Shown: positions 41,423 to 53,875 of the stretch, piece after piece
How the letters are laid out: each line of letters opens with the position of its first letter
Position numbering within the stretch: the first letter of the stretch is position 1
Source: Octopus sinensis
Taxonomy: Eukaryota
Reading direction: 5' to 3'
Length of the DNA stretch: 64,000 bases
Assembly (NCBI RefSeq): GCF_006345805.1
Contig: NC_043022.1
Coordinates: forward strand, 2,356,001-2,420,000
Program-made: the position numbers and the translations under genes
The notes under the pieces: model-generated
Databases searched by the model: none
Seen by the model: the letters and a program-made list of their open reading frames with translations, nothing else
Told to the model about the DNA's origin: nothing

Positions 41423-41697
41423 CGGGGTAGAAAGGGCTCCTTAGCCGTAGTGAAGGCAATCTATCTAGGGAGATAACCTTACTATAAATCACTGGGTCCG
41501 TAGCTTAGAAATACTGGGTTGACATCCAGGGGGAACAGCTTTGTTTCATGGAGGAGGAAAGATCTTCTTTAGTGCTTGGTTGTACAATGCTTTCCAATGT
41601 GTGTAGTAGTGGCGCGCGCACACATTATTAGTCATTTGAAAAGACTATGGAGTCTCGACCACGGTCGAACAATGATGAATGATGATGATGATGATGA
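41423..41697 (+). mobile_element. Short non-autonomous RTE/RTEX-derived retroelement
   Basis: TSD TGTGGGGG (41415-41422 and 41698-41705); 3' end GTCTCGACCACGGTCGAACAATGATGA identical to the LINE end at 59380-59406. Confidence 0.75.
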
Positions 41698-43404
41698 TGT
41701 GGGGGGGTGAATGTCTTAGTGTCTGTGTTTGGCTCTCACTACCGCTTGACAACTGGTGTGTTTACATCTCCGTAACTTAGCGGTTTGGCAAAAGAGACTG
41801 ATAGAATAAGTACCAGGCTTGAAAAGAAAAACAGAAAAAAACCTTGGAGCCAATTCATTCCAATTAAAGACTCTTCATGGCAGTGCCCCAGCATGGCCGT
41901 CGTCTAATGACTGAAATAAGTAATTGATTAAAGCTAAAAGATTTATCAAATACTGGGATTTATAGCCATGGTTTCCATGGGTCATGCAAATTTGCTTGCA
42001 TGACCCATTTAGCGGCAGTTTGTTTCTGCTTTGACATGTTCTATAAAATGTATCTATTTTGAAATTAAAATTCGCTAAAGTTGCATGAAATATTTGCGGA
42101 GTTTTGATTAACTAAGAATTAAGATGTCTGACATCTCCAGAGGATACCAAAGAAGAAAAAAAAGTGTTAAGATGTCTTAATTCAGTTCCAATCCACTTGA
42201 TAATTGCAGACATGCACACAAACACATGCACCCACATATTGGAGGATTTGAATTTAAATGTTTATTCAAAGCTGAATCTTCTCTCCGCTGTTGTTAGGAA
42301 TTTTCATTTCAAGGCTATGAAAAATAGACGGTTGTCCAAGTGTGTAAGCCTTAGTATGGTTGTTAACCCTTTCAGTATCAACTGGGCTGAAACTGACTCT
42401 GGCTCTGAGTACAAATGTCTTGTTCTCAAAAGTTTTGAATTAAAACCTTCTACCAAACCTTAGTCACAATTTATGTTCCTAACACTAGCTTAACCCTTTA
42501 GTATTTAAACCGGCCATATCCGGCCAAAAGTATTCTGCCTGTTTTATGTGCAAACTGGCCAGATCTGGTCTCTCACACCAACCCTACAATATCATTTTAG
42601 AAATTAACAGCTTCCTCATCAAAATCTCATAGCACCAAGATAATGCATGATTAGTTCAAAACAGTGTGGATGAAAAAGCATAAATTTTGACAGAATAATG
42701 CGAACACTAATGATAATGAAGTTATTTTACTAAATTCTTTGTTATATTTAAAATTAATTGGAACCCAGAGCATCTCAACAGAAATATGGTAACGAAGGGG
42801 TTAAATCTGCTTCAAATTACATTCTATCACAGGAAGCAGCAGATGCCTTTTATAATGGCACACTTGCCTTTTTTTTTTTTACTTTTTTTGTAACATTTGC
42901 CCATCATCATCATGCATCCATTTTCCATGCTGCCATGGGTTGGATGCTTTTGACAGGAACAGGCAACTAAGAAGACTGCACCAAGCTCTCTGCTGTCTGT
43001 TTTGGCACCTGGATACCCTTCCTAATGCAAATCACTTTACACAATATACTGGGTGCTTTTTACTTGGCACCAGCAGCAGTGAGGTCACCAAAGAACTTGC
43101 AGGACCAGACTCCTCAACTCCCATGTATCATTATCATTTAATGTCCCTTGTCCATGCTGGCATGGGTTGAACGGTTTGACCAGAACTGGCAAGCTTGGGA
43201 GCTGCACCAAACTCCAGTCTGATTTGGCATGGTTTCTACAGCTAAATGCCCTTCCTAATGCCAGCAAAAATTATTTATGGATGGAAATTTTCATATTTCA
43301 TTAATGCATTGCGACATACGTTTCTGCATACCTCATGTCTATTTGTGACTATATTCTCACATTTGTAGGTTATTATTATTATATAGATATATTAAAATAA
43401 TAAT

Positions 43405-43882
43405 AAAACAATTCCTATCATAGTGGTGGAAGCACTCCGTCGGTTACGACGACGAGGGTTCCAATTGATCCGAATCAACGGAACAGCCTGCTCGTGAAAT
43501 TAACGTGTAAGTGGCTGAGCACTCCACAGACACATGTACCCTTACCGTAGTTCTCGGGGATATTCAGCGTGACATAGAGAGTGACAAGGCCGGCCCTTTG
43601 AAATACAGGTACAACAGAAACAGGAAGTAAGAGTGAGAGAAAGTTGTGGTGAAAGAGTACAGCAGGGATCACCACCATCCCCTGCCGGAGCCTCGTGGAG
43701 CTTTAGGTGTTTTCGCTCAATAAACACTCACAACGCCCGGTCTATCATAGTAGGTACATTAGGTATGATGAAAAAAATATTCAGATAAATGCATAACAAA
43801 AACACCAGGACTAACAAATATATAGAAAATAGCACTACTGGGCACTGCACACATCCTACGTAAAACACTTTCAATAGAATGA
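43405..43882 (+). mobile_element. R4/Dong-like (RLE-endonuclease) non-LTR retrotransposon 3' fragment, interrupted by a SINE
   Basis: After removing the SINE it reads KTIPIIVGTLGMMKK / SDKCITKTPGLTNI*KIALLGTAHILRKTLSIE*, the characteristic C-terminus of R4/Dong ORFs. Confidence 0.75.
43425..43741 (-). mobile_element. 5'-truncated family E SINE
   Basis: Reverse complement of ~36490-36803; 10-bp TSD CTATCATAGT at 43415-43424 and 43742-43751. Confidence 0.9.
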
Positions 43883-44841
43883 AAGTATGAAACAATTAGT
43901 AGCTCATAACTATATACTGTGTACATTAAACTATACCTAACTCTCACCAGATGGAGTACTTTTTTTTTTTGTTGATCTTACTTTGACAGAAAAGTAAACT
44001 GTGTGTGTACGTACATATGTACATACATGTGTATGTAAAAAGCACCCATTACACTCTGACTATCAGAATGGTTGGCGTTAGGAAGGGCATCCAGCCATAA
44101 AAACCATGCCAAATCAGATTGGAACCCGGTGTAGCCCTCCAGCTTACCTGTTTCTGACAAACCATCTCACAAAGGTAATATTTCCCCATCACCACACTTA
44201 TTTTCCCCAGAAGCTGATGCTCATTTACAACTATTGCATGATGCCAAGACTAGGAGAGAGAGATACAGACATGCATTCACACACAATGGGCTTCTTTCAG
44301 TTTCCATCTACCAGATCCGCTCACAAGTCATTGGTTGGCCAGAGGCTATAGTAGAAGACACTTACCCAAGGTACCACGCAGTGGGACTGAACCTAGAACC
44401 ATGTGGTTGGGAAGTAATCATTCTAACCACATAACCACATTTTGCTGTTATAATGAAATAAGGGTTTCTCACACAAACTTCGACCCCCTTTTTTTAGTAA
44501 GTAAAATGGGTGTTTGTGAAGTAAAGTGAAAGTTTGGGTGTATATAACTCCTTCAACCTGTCCTCACCAACACTGCAGGCAACAAACTCACTGCCCCCTC
44601 AACAATCATAATGTCCATCTTACCTTTTATCTTTGACGTGTTTCAGTCATTAGACTGTGGCCATGCTGGAGCATTGCCTTGAAGGATTTTCAAGTCAAAT
44701 GAATCAACCCCAGTACATATTTCCTCTTTAAACCTGATGCTTGTTCTATCACAGTTTTTTTTACCAGGCTGCTAAGTTACAGGAACATAAACACACCAAC
44801 ACCGGTTGTCAAATGGTGGCAGGGGACAAACACAGACACAA

Positions 44842-45278
44842 AGACACATACATGAAGATATATGTGTAATGGGCTTCTTTCAGTTTCCATTTACCACATC
44901 CACTCACAAAGTTTTAGACACATACATGGAGATATATGTGTAATGGGCTTCTTTCAGTTTCCATTTACCACATCCACTCACAGTTTTAGACACATACATG
45001 GAGATATATGTGTAATGGGCTTCTTTCAGTTTCCATTTACCACATCCACTCACAAAGTTTTAGACACATACATGGAGATATATGTGTAATGGGCTTCTTT
45101 CAGTTTCCATTTACCACATCCACTCACAAAGTTTTAGACGCATACATGGAGATATATGTGTAATGGGCTTCTTTCAGTTTCCATTTACCACATCCACTCA
45201 CAAATTTTTAGACACGTACATTGAGATGTATGTGTAATGGGCTTCTTTCAGTTTCCATTTACCACATCCACTCACAAA
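44842..45278. repeat. ~74-bp tandem repeat (about 6 units) amplified from the interior of a family A SINE
   Basis: Unit GACACATACATGGAGATATATGTGTAATGGGCTTCTTTCAGTTTCCATTTACCACATCCACTCACAAAGTTTTA. Confidence 0.95.
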
Positions 45279-46169
45279 GCTTTGGGTGGCCTGGGGCTAT
45301 AGTGGACGACACCTGCTTGAGGTACCCATACAGCTACGCCCGCGCTTAATACAGAATTAATTTGGCAACAAGTTTTATTTTGTTAGCTCCAAGTAGAAAC
45401 CACCTTTATTTATTTATTTTCTTTTGCCAATTCTCTGAGCTAGTTGCAGTTTAACCCTTTAATGTTTAAACCGGCCGTATCCGGCCCAGATATTCTATAT
45501 GTTTTATATTCAAACTGGCAATATCTAGCCTCTCACACCTAACCTACAATGCCATTCTAAAAATAAACAATCACATCATTGAAACCTCAAAGCTATGAGA
45601 TAATGTTTGATTAATTAAAAACAATTTGAATTAAAAAAATATTACATTTAATCTGAACACTAAAGGGTTAAAATAGCAAGAAGGAAGTAATTTATTTCTG
45701 AGAAATATATTTAAACAAAGAATTTAGGGGGAGGGGAACAAAAAACAAAAAAAAAAAGAGTTAAGTTTGTCGTGAATTTTATGGCTGAATGAAAGATAGA
45801 AAAGAGTGAGATTATGTAATGTAGATAAAATTCTCTTGTTATCAGCATAAAGGTCATTTTAATATCGGTCTGATGATAAACGATTTGTTGTACAACCAGG
45901 TGGGGGTGTGGGGCGGAGGTCTACAGAGTTAAAAATACGAACACCAGTCAAATGTTAATGGCTTTTGTTGATCTGATTTATTGATTGATTTCATTGATAA
46001 AATTTTTTTTTTCTAATGTCATCGACATTTTTTTTTTTTTTTTTTCTTTTGATTTTTAAAAGATTGTTTCGATATTGATTTATAGACTGAAATTCTGTTG
46101 GTCATCTTTTTTCTTCTTTTTTCTTTTTTTTTTCTCTTTATTTATTTATTGTCTTTCTGTCTTTTCAAG

Positions 46170-46335
46170 AAATTCCGAAATCTACGAGTCTAACCAAGAA
46201 AATGCTCAAATGATTCATTTTTCAAACATTGAACCTACTCACATATCTAATAAGAGACCTCGGCTAGGAGACTTTCGTCCTGACTTGACCCAGCCTCTTA
46301 AAATTGATACAACTGGTGAAGGAGAGGTTAAAAAG
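46170..46335 (+). CDS. NCOR: NCoR exon (R-NSEIYESNQENAQMIHFSNIEPTHISNKRPRLGDFRPDLTQPLKIDTTGEGEVKK)
   Basis: Long polypyrimidine tract plus AAG acceptor, AAG|GTTTGT donor; KRPRL motif as in NCoR; phase 2 to 0. Confidence 0.88.
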
Positions 46336-46958
46336 GTTTGTTTCTGTCTCTCAATTATTTTAACATGAAAAATTCTTTTGATAACAGAATCTGCTCTTTT
46401 AAAAAAAAATCAAATCTCACTTGGAAAAAATAACGAGATTTCAAGATGGCATAGAAATCCAAGAGAAATGAGACAAGGCAGCTGCTTGCTATCCTGAAGA
46501 AAGGTTAAGGTTACCTTTTCAAGTCGCGCTGACTCATGAGGGCCAGTTTCCCGGTTTCGTGGCGTATAAATACCCCACCTGGACAGGACACCTGTCTGTC
46601 GCAGAATTACTCATTTTTTGGCAGCTGAGTGGACTGGAGCCACATGTCACCCGGTCCAGGAATCAAAACCACAATCATACGATCAAGTGTCCAACATCCT
46701 AACCACTAAGCCACGTGCCTCCAGATCCCCAAAAAAGGAGTTCCGGGAATGCTTCCGAAGAAAACTATACTGCAAAAAAATAATTAAATGCCAAATTGAT
46801 ATATGTTGCAGTTCCGTTTTTTTAGCACCAGTTCTGACCCTTTTTTTGAGCAGACCATGTATAGTCTCTCTGTTATGCTATAATCCTTTCTCTATTTTGC
46901 AATAAGAACCTGCATATAGTCTTATAATTGCTGTTATATAATCCTAAAATATATTCTA

Positions 46959-47179
46959 TATGAGAGGGTCTGAAAAATTCCTGGTTTTAAGGGTATCGCG
47001 AAAGGCCTGGTTGGAGGCCTGACCTTCCGAGATCTTTTACAGAGATTAGAAAAACTGAAGGACCCCTGCAATAAATGTGTGAATCTGAGAGGGGAATATC
47101 TTGGATAAAATCATAATTAACTGATCCTCCTGTATTTTCTTTTACCCAAAACCAGGAACTTTTCAGCATCCCCTCCTAA
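46959..47179. mobile_element. Mariner-derived MITE
   Basis: TIRs CTGAAAAATTCCTGGTTTT / AAAACCAGGAACTTTTCAG; internal AAATGTGTGAATCTGAGAGGGGAATAT (KCVNLRGEY) like the mariner transposase C-terminus. Confidence 0.7.
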
Positions 47180-47221
47180 TACGACCATCCTTACAATGCT
47201 ATAATCTCTATTTCATAACAG

Positions 47222-47383
47222 GAGCCTGCTTATAATCCTCAAGTGGAAGCCATATCTCCCACGTTACCAAACGATGAAAGCGCTAACCGTGCTTCGAAAG
47301 ATTTTCTTCTGCAAGCCATCAGCAGAGTGGATAGGGAGATTTTAAAAGTGGAACAGGATATTCTTAAATTGAAGAAGAGTCAG
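47222..47383 (+). CDS. NCOR: NCoR exon, GPS2-interacting coiled coil (EPAYNPQVEAISPTLP...SKDFLLQAISRVDREILKVEQDILKLKKSQ)
   Basis: Matches NCoR/SMRT SKEELIQSMDRVDREIAKVEQQILKLKKKQ; CAG/GT, 162 nt, phase 0-0. Confidence 0.97.
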
Positions 47384-48003
47384 GTTGGTTGCATAAACAA
47401 ATGCAATTTTTGTATCTTTTTTCGGTTTTTTTATAAATTGTTTTCTTGGTATTTTTTATTTATCCTTCTCTCTTAACAATGTTAATTTCAATGTATTCCA
47501 TTATTTAGTTGCTAGGGAAACCTAATTATAATGGTTGGTATTTTTGAAGTAAGGAACAAGGAAATGGAAAAACTGACTCGCAGTAAAACTTTTTGGTTTA
47601 AGATAACAAAAGGATGCTGTTTTAAAAGCTTCTTGTGGTTGCTACCTACTGGGGTCCCCAGGCACTTGTAATTTAATTAATTGGCTGTCTGTATTAAATT
47701 TTGAAATCATGGTCCCACAGGATCAGGGAAAGCTAATTTAACCATTTGTCACCATATTTCTGTTGAAATATGCTGCGTTTGTTTTGGTTAATTTAAAAAA
47801 AGGAAGAATTTAGTAAAAGTAATCTACTCATTATTAATTACCATCCCAGGAGTGGCTGTGTGGTAAGTAGCTTGCTTACCAACCACATCGTCTGGGTTCA
47901 GTCCTACTGAGTGGCACCATGAGCAAGTATCTTCTACTATAGTCTCGGGCCAACCAAAGCCTTGTGAGTGGATTTGGTAGACGAAAAACTGGAAGAAGCC
48001 TGC

Positions 48004-48036
<33 letters not shown>

Positions 48037-48545
48037 GTGTTTGTGTGTCTGTGATTTTAATTAGTTCATTTTCATATTTGGTTTGCAGACAAACGCAACC
48101 CCCTGTAATGGACTAGGAGAGAAGTCACTGAAAAGATTGATGATAAACTTTGACAAATTAAATCCAACAAGTTAAACAAACAATCAATTAGTTACTTGGA
48201 TTGGATAGATATTTAACGAATTGACTAACAGTAAAGAAGTGGAATTGAACCAGTGCATGTATTATTAAATATTGGTGTAATGACTCTCCCAAAACATGAT
48301 TTTAATTAGGCTTTCCATTTAGAAAGTGCCATGGGTCACAATTTGCCTTTGTTTTAGCATCACCTGATTTATTTAGAGATAATCATTGGATAATGTCCGC
48401 TTCAGGTTCTGCATATTTTGGACATTAAAATGGGGAAAAAAAACCAATTGTGAAACTTACAAATTCTTCTGGGTATGAACAGTTATTTTATTTGTAGATT
48501 TAATTTTTTTCTCTAATTTTTTTTTATTTTTTTTATAAATTCTAG

Positions 48546-48662
48546 CATCAAATAGAACAAATTGCAGCAAAGCCACCTGAAGAGAAACCAGCCTCTCCAG
48601 AACATAGTACTGCCGAAACCAAACATCAGAGTATAGCACAGCTTATATATTCTGATAACCGG
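48546..48662 (+). CDS. NCOR: NCoR exon (HQIEQIAAKPPEEKPASPEHSTAETKHQSIAQLIYSDNR)
   Basis: Matches QQLEEEAAKPPEPEKPVSP...KHRSIVQIIYDENR; TAG/GT, 117 nt. Confidence 0.97.
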
Positions 48663-49377
48663 GTATGGAGAAATTATTTGGCTTCTCTGTCTTAATTTCT
48701 TTTCTCGAAAATTTATGTGTGAAAACACACACATATATTATATATAATCATCATCATCATCATTGTTTAATGTCCGCTTTCCATGCTGACATGGGTTGGA
48801 CGGTTTGACTGAGGACTGGCAAGTCAGGCTCCAATCTGATCTGGCAAGGTTTCTACTGCTGGATGCCCTTCCTAATGCCAACCACTCTGAGAGTGTAGTG
48901 GGTGCTTTTTATTTGCCACTGGCAAGAGGGCCAGTCAGGAGGTACTGGCATCGACCACACTCAAATGGTGCTTTTTATGTACCACCAGCATGGGAGCCAG
49001 TCGGGTGACACTGGCAATGACCATGCTCAAATGGTGCTTTTTATGTGCCACCAGCACATGCACCAGTCAGGTGGAACTGGCAAGGACCACGCTCGAATCC
49101 TGCTTTTTACATGCCACCAGCACGGGAGCCAGTCAGGCGGAACTGGCATTGACCATGTTCATATAGAGCCTGTCTGGTGGGACTGACATTGACCGCGCTT
49201 GAATGGTGCTTTTTACATGCCAGTCATGCAGTACTTGCATAGGCCATGACAATGATTTCACTTGACTCAACGGATCTTTTTAAGCATAGTTTATTGCTCA
49301 GTGGACCAGTTATGCGACAGTGACAACTGTACGAGTTGCCTTTTGGTTGTAAATTGCAAATAGCCACCTTAATAACT

Positions 49378-49452
<75 letters not shown>

Positions 49453-49456
<4 letters not shown>

Positions 49457-49613
49457 CGGAGATGTACTTGCATAGCGAGTGACTTAATCTGAGATCGTGG
49501 GCTGGAACGAAAACAATTGCAGCGTGGAAGGTGTTTATAAGCCATTTAAGAAACACACAAAAACCATTAGATTCACTTCAACATTTAAATTTAATTTGCC
49601 AAAAAAATATATA

Positions 49614-49655
<42 letters not shown>

Positions 49656-49920
49656 CGGAGATGTACTTGCATAGCGAGTGACTTAATCTGAGATCGTGGG
49701 CTGGAACGAAAACAATTGCAGCGTGGAAGGTGTTTATAAGCCATTTAAGAAACACACAAAAACCATTAGATTCACTTCAACATTTAAATTTAATTTGCCA
49801 AAAAAATTTTCATCACTTTGAGACCGCAACCTGTTCACTGACAAAACTCCGTGCTGCAATTGCTTTCGTTCCAGCACACGATCTCAGATCAGGTCACTTG
49901 CTATGCAAGTACATCGTAAT
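49453..49920. repeat. (TA)n-embedded element: tandem duplicate of ~155 bp plus inverted terminal copy
   Basis: ATTACGGAGATGTACTTGCATAGCGAGTGAC... at ~49453 and ~49652, reverse complement ending at ~49920; further copy at ~60505-60705. Confidence 0.85.
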
Positions 49921-50912
49921 ATATATATATATATATATAATTGTTACTAAACATTACCAGGGTGTTAGAAACATCTACATTGCTAGAAATAAATAAGAGC
50001 TAAAATGCTCTAAAGCTGTTTGTCAATGTATTTTCGCTCTTATTTCTAGCAATGTAGGTGTATCATATTTAGTGACAATTATAATTTCCCTTTTTGGTGA
50101 AACATTGCTGACTGCTGTTTTTACACACACACACACAGAGTAGAACCTCATTTTACTAACATGTCAGTTGACAAATAGCTTGTTTTTTTAACACGAAACG
50201 AAACGTCTGAGATGGATGAACAATGTTTCGAGTAACAAGCACACAAGTCAGCAGCAAAGGGTGGTGAGAAGCTGGGAGTATCAGCAGCAGAGCATCATTT
50301 GCTGTCTGTGTTTCACTAGACATGAAGGGCTTCCAGCCCAAGACAATCTGCCTCAATAAAGTCTCCTCCAACCCATGCAGGCATGGAAAACTGGAAGCTA
50401 AAAAGATTGATGATGTTGATTGTGTGTGTGTGTATGATGATGGATTCCCTCGTCGCAAATGACAAATGAGGGTTCAGTAAATTAAATTCTATGGACACGA
50501 ATGTATCTCTTGAGGCCTGCTGGCGCCCTTGCAACCCTTTTGGCAATTGGAGCAAGTTGAGGACTCAGTTTGCTTGAGTGGACAGTAAGGCCTGCTTTGC
50601 TTTGTGCCACAAAACCACACAATGACAGGTAAGGTCTCCTTTAAGAAGAGCAGTGTGCCTTCATGCTTGCACAAAGTTGGTCCTGACTTTGCTCAAATTT
50701 GTGTGTGTGTATATATATATATATAAGTAGTTGAATGAATTATCCTAGTATGGATAATTCGGTTAACCGATACCTGGGTAGCAAATTCACGTCAGAAAAA
50801 CATGGTTGAAGCTACATGCCAAGGGCAGAGATCACGTGCTTTCGTGTGGAAATTTGTGTGTTTTTTAATACAAATAAATGAAAGAATGGAGTTGAACGAC
50901 GATTTAACAAAA

Positions 50913-51011
50913 TTCCTTTATTCTCGACATATGTTTCGAAGGCTGCATATTCCTAATTTCGAAGGAATAAGGGTTGCATTATGCTGCCTTCTCATCAGGA
51001 GAGACAAGGAA
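50913..51011 (-). ncRNA. Type I hammerhead ribozyme, antisense copy
   Basis: Reverse complement of 51108-51206 with intact core. Confidence 0.8.
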
Positions 51012-51107
51012 CTTATGTCAGCATCAAGATGAACAAAAACATTATCGCTATGGACTCCGAGTGGGCAGTCATCTAAAAGTTTTTGTTCATCTTGATGCTG
51101 ACATAAG

Positions 51108-51206
51108 TTCCTTGTCTCTCCTGATGAGAAGGCAGCATAATGCACCCCTTAGTCCTTCGAAATTAGGAATATGCAGCCTTCGAAACATATGTCGAGAATA
51201 AAGGAA
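51108..51206 (+). ncRNA. Type I hammerhead ribozyme
   Basis: CUGAUGA 51121-51127; stem II GAAGGCAGCAUA/UAUGCAGCCUUC (11 of 12 pairs); GAAA; stem III AC-AUAU-GU; GUC triplet ending 51193; stem I UCUC/GAGA, 3x3 internal loop, UUCCUU/AAGGAA. Confidence 0.85.
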
Positions 51207-52140
51207 TTTTGTTAATTCGTCGTTCAACTCCATTCTTTCATTTATATATATATATGTATGTGTGTGTGTATGAACTTTTTTTTTTTATGAAAAAAATCAG
51301 TGGTTACTTAGCTTAATGGTACAGAGTGCTCAGCTGAAATTTGAGAGGTACAGACTTTGATTCTCTGTAGCACCTTGCTGGCCCCTTTTTTCCATCATCT
51401 AAAATGTTTTCACAGCTAATCTTTGTTTAAGATTTTATTTTCTGTAAAATATATATATCTTTTCATCATGTTGAACCATTTTTTTTTCATTTTCTCTCCA
51501 TTCTCTTCCTCTCATTCCTTTCTGCTGAAGAGCGTGGGTTCGAAACGTCAAACAAATACACCTGCTTGTTGTTCCCTCACCTGTCTTCGTCTTTTGTTTT
51601 CTGTAAATTTGAACTATACACACACACATTAACCCTTTAGTGTTCAGATTACTCTGTTAAATGTAATAATTTTTCACTCAAATTGTTTTTAATTAATCAA
51701 ACATTATCTCATAGCTTTGAGGTTTCAATGATGTGATTGTTTATTTTTAGAATGACATTGTAGGTTAGGTGTGAGAGGCTAGATATCGTCCATTTGAATG
51801 TAAAACATGTAGAATATCTGGGCCAGATATGGCCAGTTTAACCCTTTAGCATTTAAACCGGCCATATCCGGCCAAAAGTATCCTGCCTGTTTTATCTTCA
51901 AACAGGCCAGATCTGGTCTCTCACACCAGCCCCACAATATCGTTTTAAAAATTAACAGCTACCTCATTAAAATCTCATAGCTACAAGATAATGCATGATT
52001 AGTTCAAAACAATGTAGATGAAAAAGCATTAATTTTGGCAGAATAATGCGAACACTAAAGGGTTAATAGTTTAGTTGGGGCACATTGTCCATTGCATTTT
52101 TTTAATATAAATTTAATCTTGTTCTTCTTCTTGTCTTCAG

Positions 52141-52197
52141 CGTAAAGCAGATGATGCTCACAGCGCTCTAACTAAGCTTGGACCAAAAATTGATATG
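52141..52197 (+). CDS. NCOR: NCoR exon (RKADDAHSALTKLGPKIDM)
   Basis: Matches KKAEEAHKIFEGLGPKVEL; CAG/GTAAAT, 57 nt. Confidence 0.96.
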
Positions 52198-53063
52198 GTA
52201 AATATCAATTTTATTTCAATCTTTATCGCAGCTAACTTAGAAGTAGGGAGTACTTAGGATGTTGCCTCCTCCCATTTAATGTTTTAAGTAAAATTTCTCT
52301 ACTCTACGCACAGGCACAGGCGTGGCTGTGTGGTAAGATGCTTGCTTCCCAACCACGCTATTCCAGGTTCAGTCCCACTGCATGGCACCTTGGGCAAGTG
52401 TCTTCTACTGTTGCTTTGGGTCAATGAAAGCCTTGTGAGTAGATTTGGTAGACGGAAACTTTGAGGAAGCCCATCATATATATATGTGTGTTTGTCCCCC
52501 ATCACCATTTGACAACCGGTGTTGGTGTGTTTGCATCCCCGTGTCTTAATGGATCGGTAAGAGAGACCAATAGAATAAGTACCAGGCTTTACGAAATAAG
52601 TCTTTGCCCAACCCTTCAAGGCAGTGCCCCAGCATGGCTCCAGTCAAATGACTGAAACAAGTAAAAGATCAAGAGTAAACAATACCATTCCTACCTTCCT
52701 TTTTTGTTTTTTTTTCTCTCTCATTGCAAGGGACGCATTCCTCATTCTTTATGATTCAAGAATTAAATGCTAATTATTTTAGCCCATCCTCATCAGTATC
52801 TACAAAAGATGTTAAGACAGAAAACAGCATCCTTTGCAAGCTTCCAAATATTGTCCCAACATTAGCAAGTGAAAAATCGACTCCTTGGAATAAGACTGTG
52901 TTGGGAGGCTTACAAAATGTTTTCCTATTGGCCCAGTCTCATGTATATATTAATTGCTTTAGCTAAGTAATTCTATCAGGGTTTTTATTTTTTTTTATAT
53001 TTTTTTCATGCTAACATTATTTTCTTACCAAATGTTGTTCAGAATCTTCCTTTATCATTCCAG

Positions 53064-53116
53064 CCTTTGTACAACCAACCTTCTGATACAAGCATGTATC
53101 ATGGGAACAAATTAAA
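53064..53116 (+). CDS. NCOR: NCoR exon (PLYNQPSDTSMYHGNKL-K)
   Basis: PLYNQPSDT signature of NCoR/SMRT; CAG/GTAAGT. Confidence 0.98.
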
Positions 53117-53148
53117 GTAAGTTGGACTTTTGGGGGGGCAGGGTTTGA

Positions 53149-53251
<103 letters not shown>

Positions 53252-53367
53252 ATTTCCAGTTTCCAATTACAATATGGTTTGAAGATACTTCACCTGTCTA
53301 ACAACAGTTAAAGAATCTTTATGCAAAATTACCTCCCCCAAAGTTTTGTGTGGTTGGCTGGGTATAT

Positions 53368-53875
53368 TATGTGTGCTCTTGTACTTTGTGAGTGTGCTCT
53401 TGTACTTTGCGAGTGTGGTCTTGTACTTTGTGAGTATACTCTTGTACTTTGCAAGTGTGCTTTTGTACTTTGTGAGTGTGCCTCTATACTTTGCGAGTGT
53501 GGTCATGTACTGTGCGAGTGTGCTCTTGTAATTTGTGAGTGTGCTCTTGTAATTTGTGAGTGTGCTCTTGTACTTTGTGAGGGTGGTCATGTAATTTGTG
53601 AGTGTGCTCTTGTACTTTGTGAGGGTGGTCATGTAATTTGTGAGTGTGCTCTTGTACTTTGTGAGTGTGCTCTTGTAATTTGTGAGTGTGCTCTTGTACT
53701 TTGTGAGGATGGTCATGTACTGTGTGAGTGTGCTCTTGTACTTTGTGAGTGTGGTCATGTACTTTGTGAGTGTGCTCTTGTACTTTGCGAGTGTGGTCAT
53801 GTACTTTGTGGGTGTGCTTTTGTACTTTGTGAGTGTGCTCTTGTACTTTGTGTGTGTGTGTGCTCATCTACTTTG
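53368..53875. repeat. 21-bp minisatellite (GAGTGTGCTCTTGTACTTTGT)n
   Basis: About 24 tandem units; produces heptad ORFs on both strands. Confidence 0.95.

Larger units (their letters stand above)
50725..51245. mobile_element. Probable Penelope-like pLTR in inverted configuration (167-bp inverted repeat, 38-nt spacer)
   Basis: Arms 50874-51040 and 51079-51245 are near-perfect reverse complements; (TA)n on both flanks; related diverged segment at ~56260-56490. Confidence 0.7.

Noticed and set aside
44842-45278. CRISPR-like regular repeats (also 13293-13358 and 48900-49230)
   Set aside because: No unique spacers, no cas genes, eukaryotic context; ordinary tandem repeats
49795-49850. Possible hammerhead on the minus strand (GUGAACA...GAAA)
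   Set aside because: Core too degenerate to call from this single copy
50918-51201. Two nearly identical 75-aa ORFs on opposite strands
   Set aside because: Consequence of the DNA palindrome; no protein family recognised
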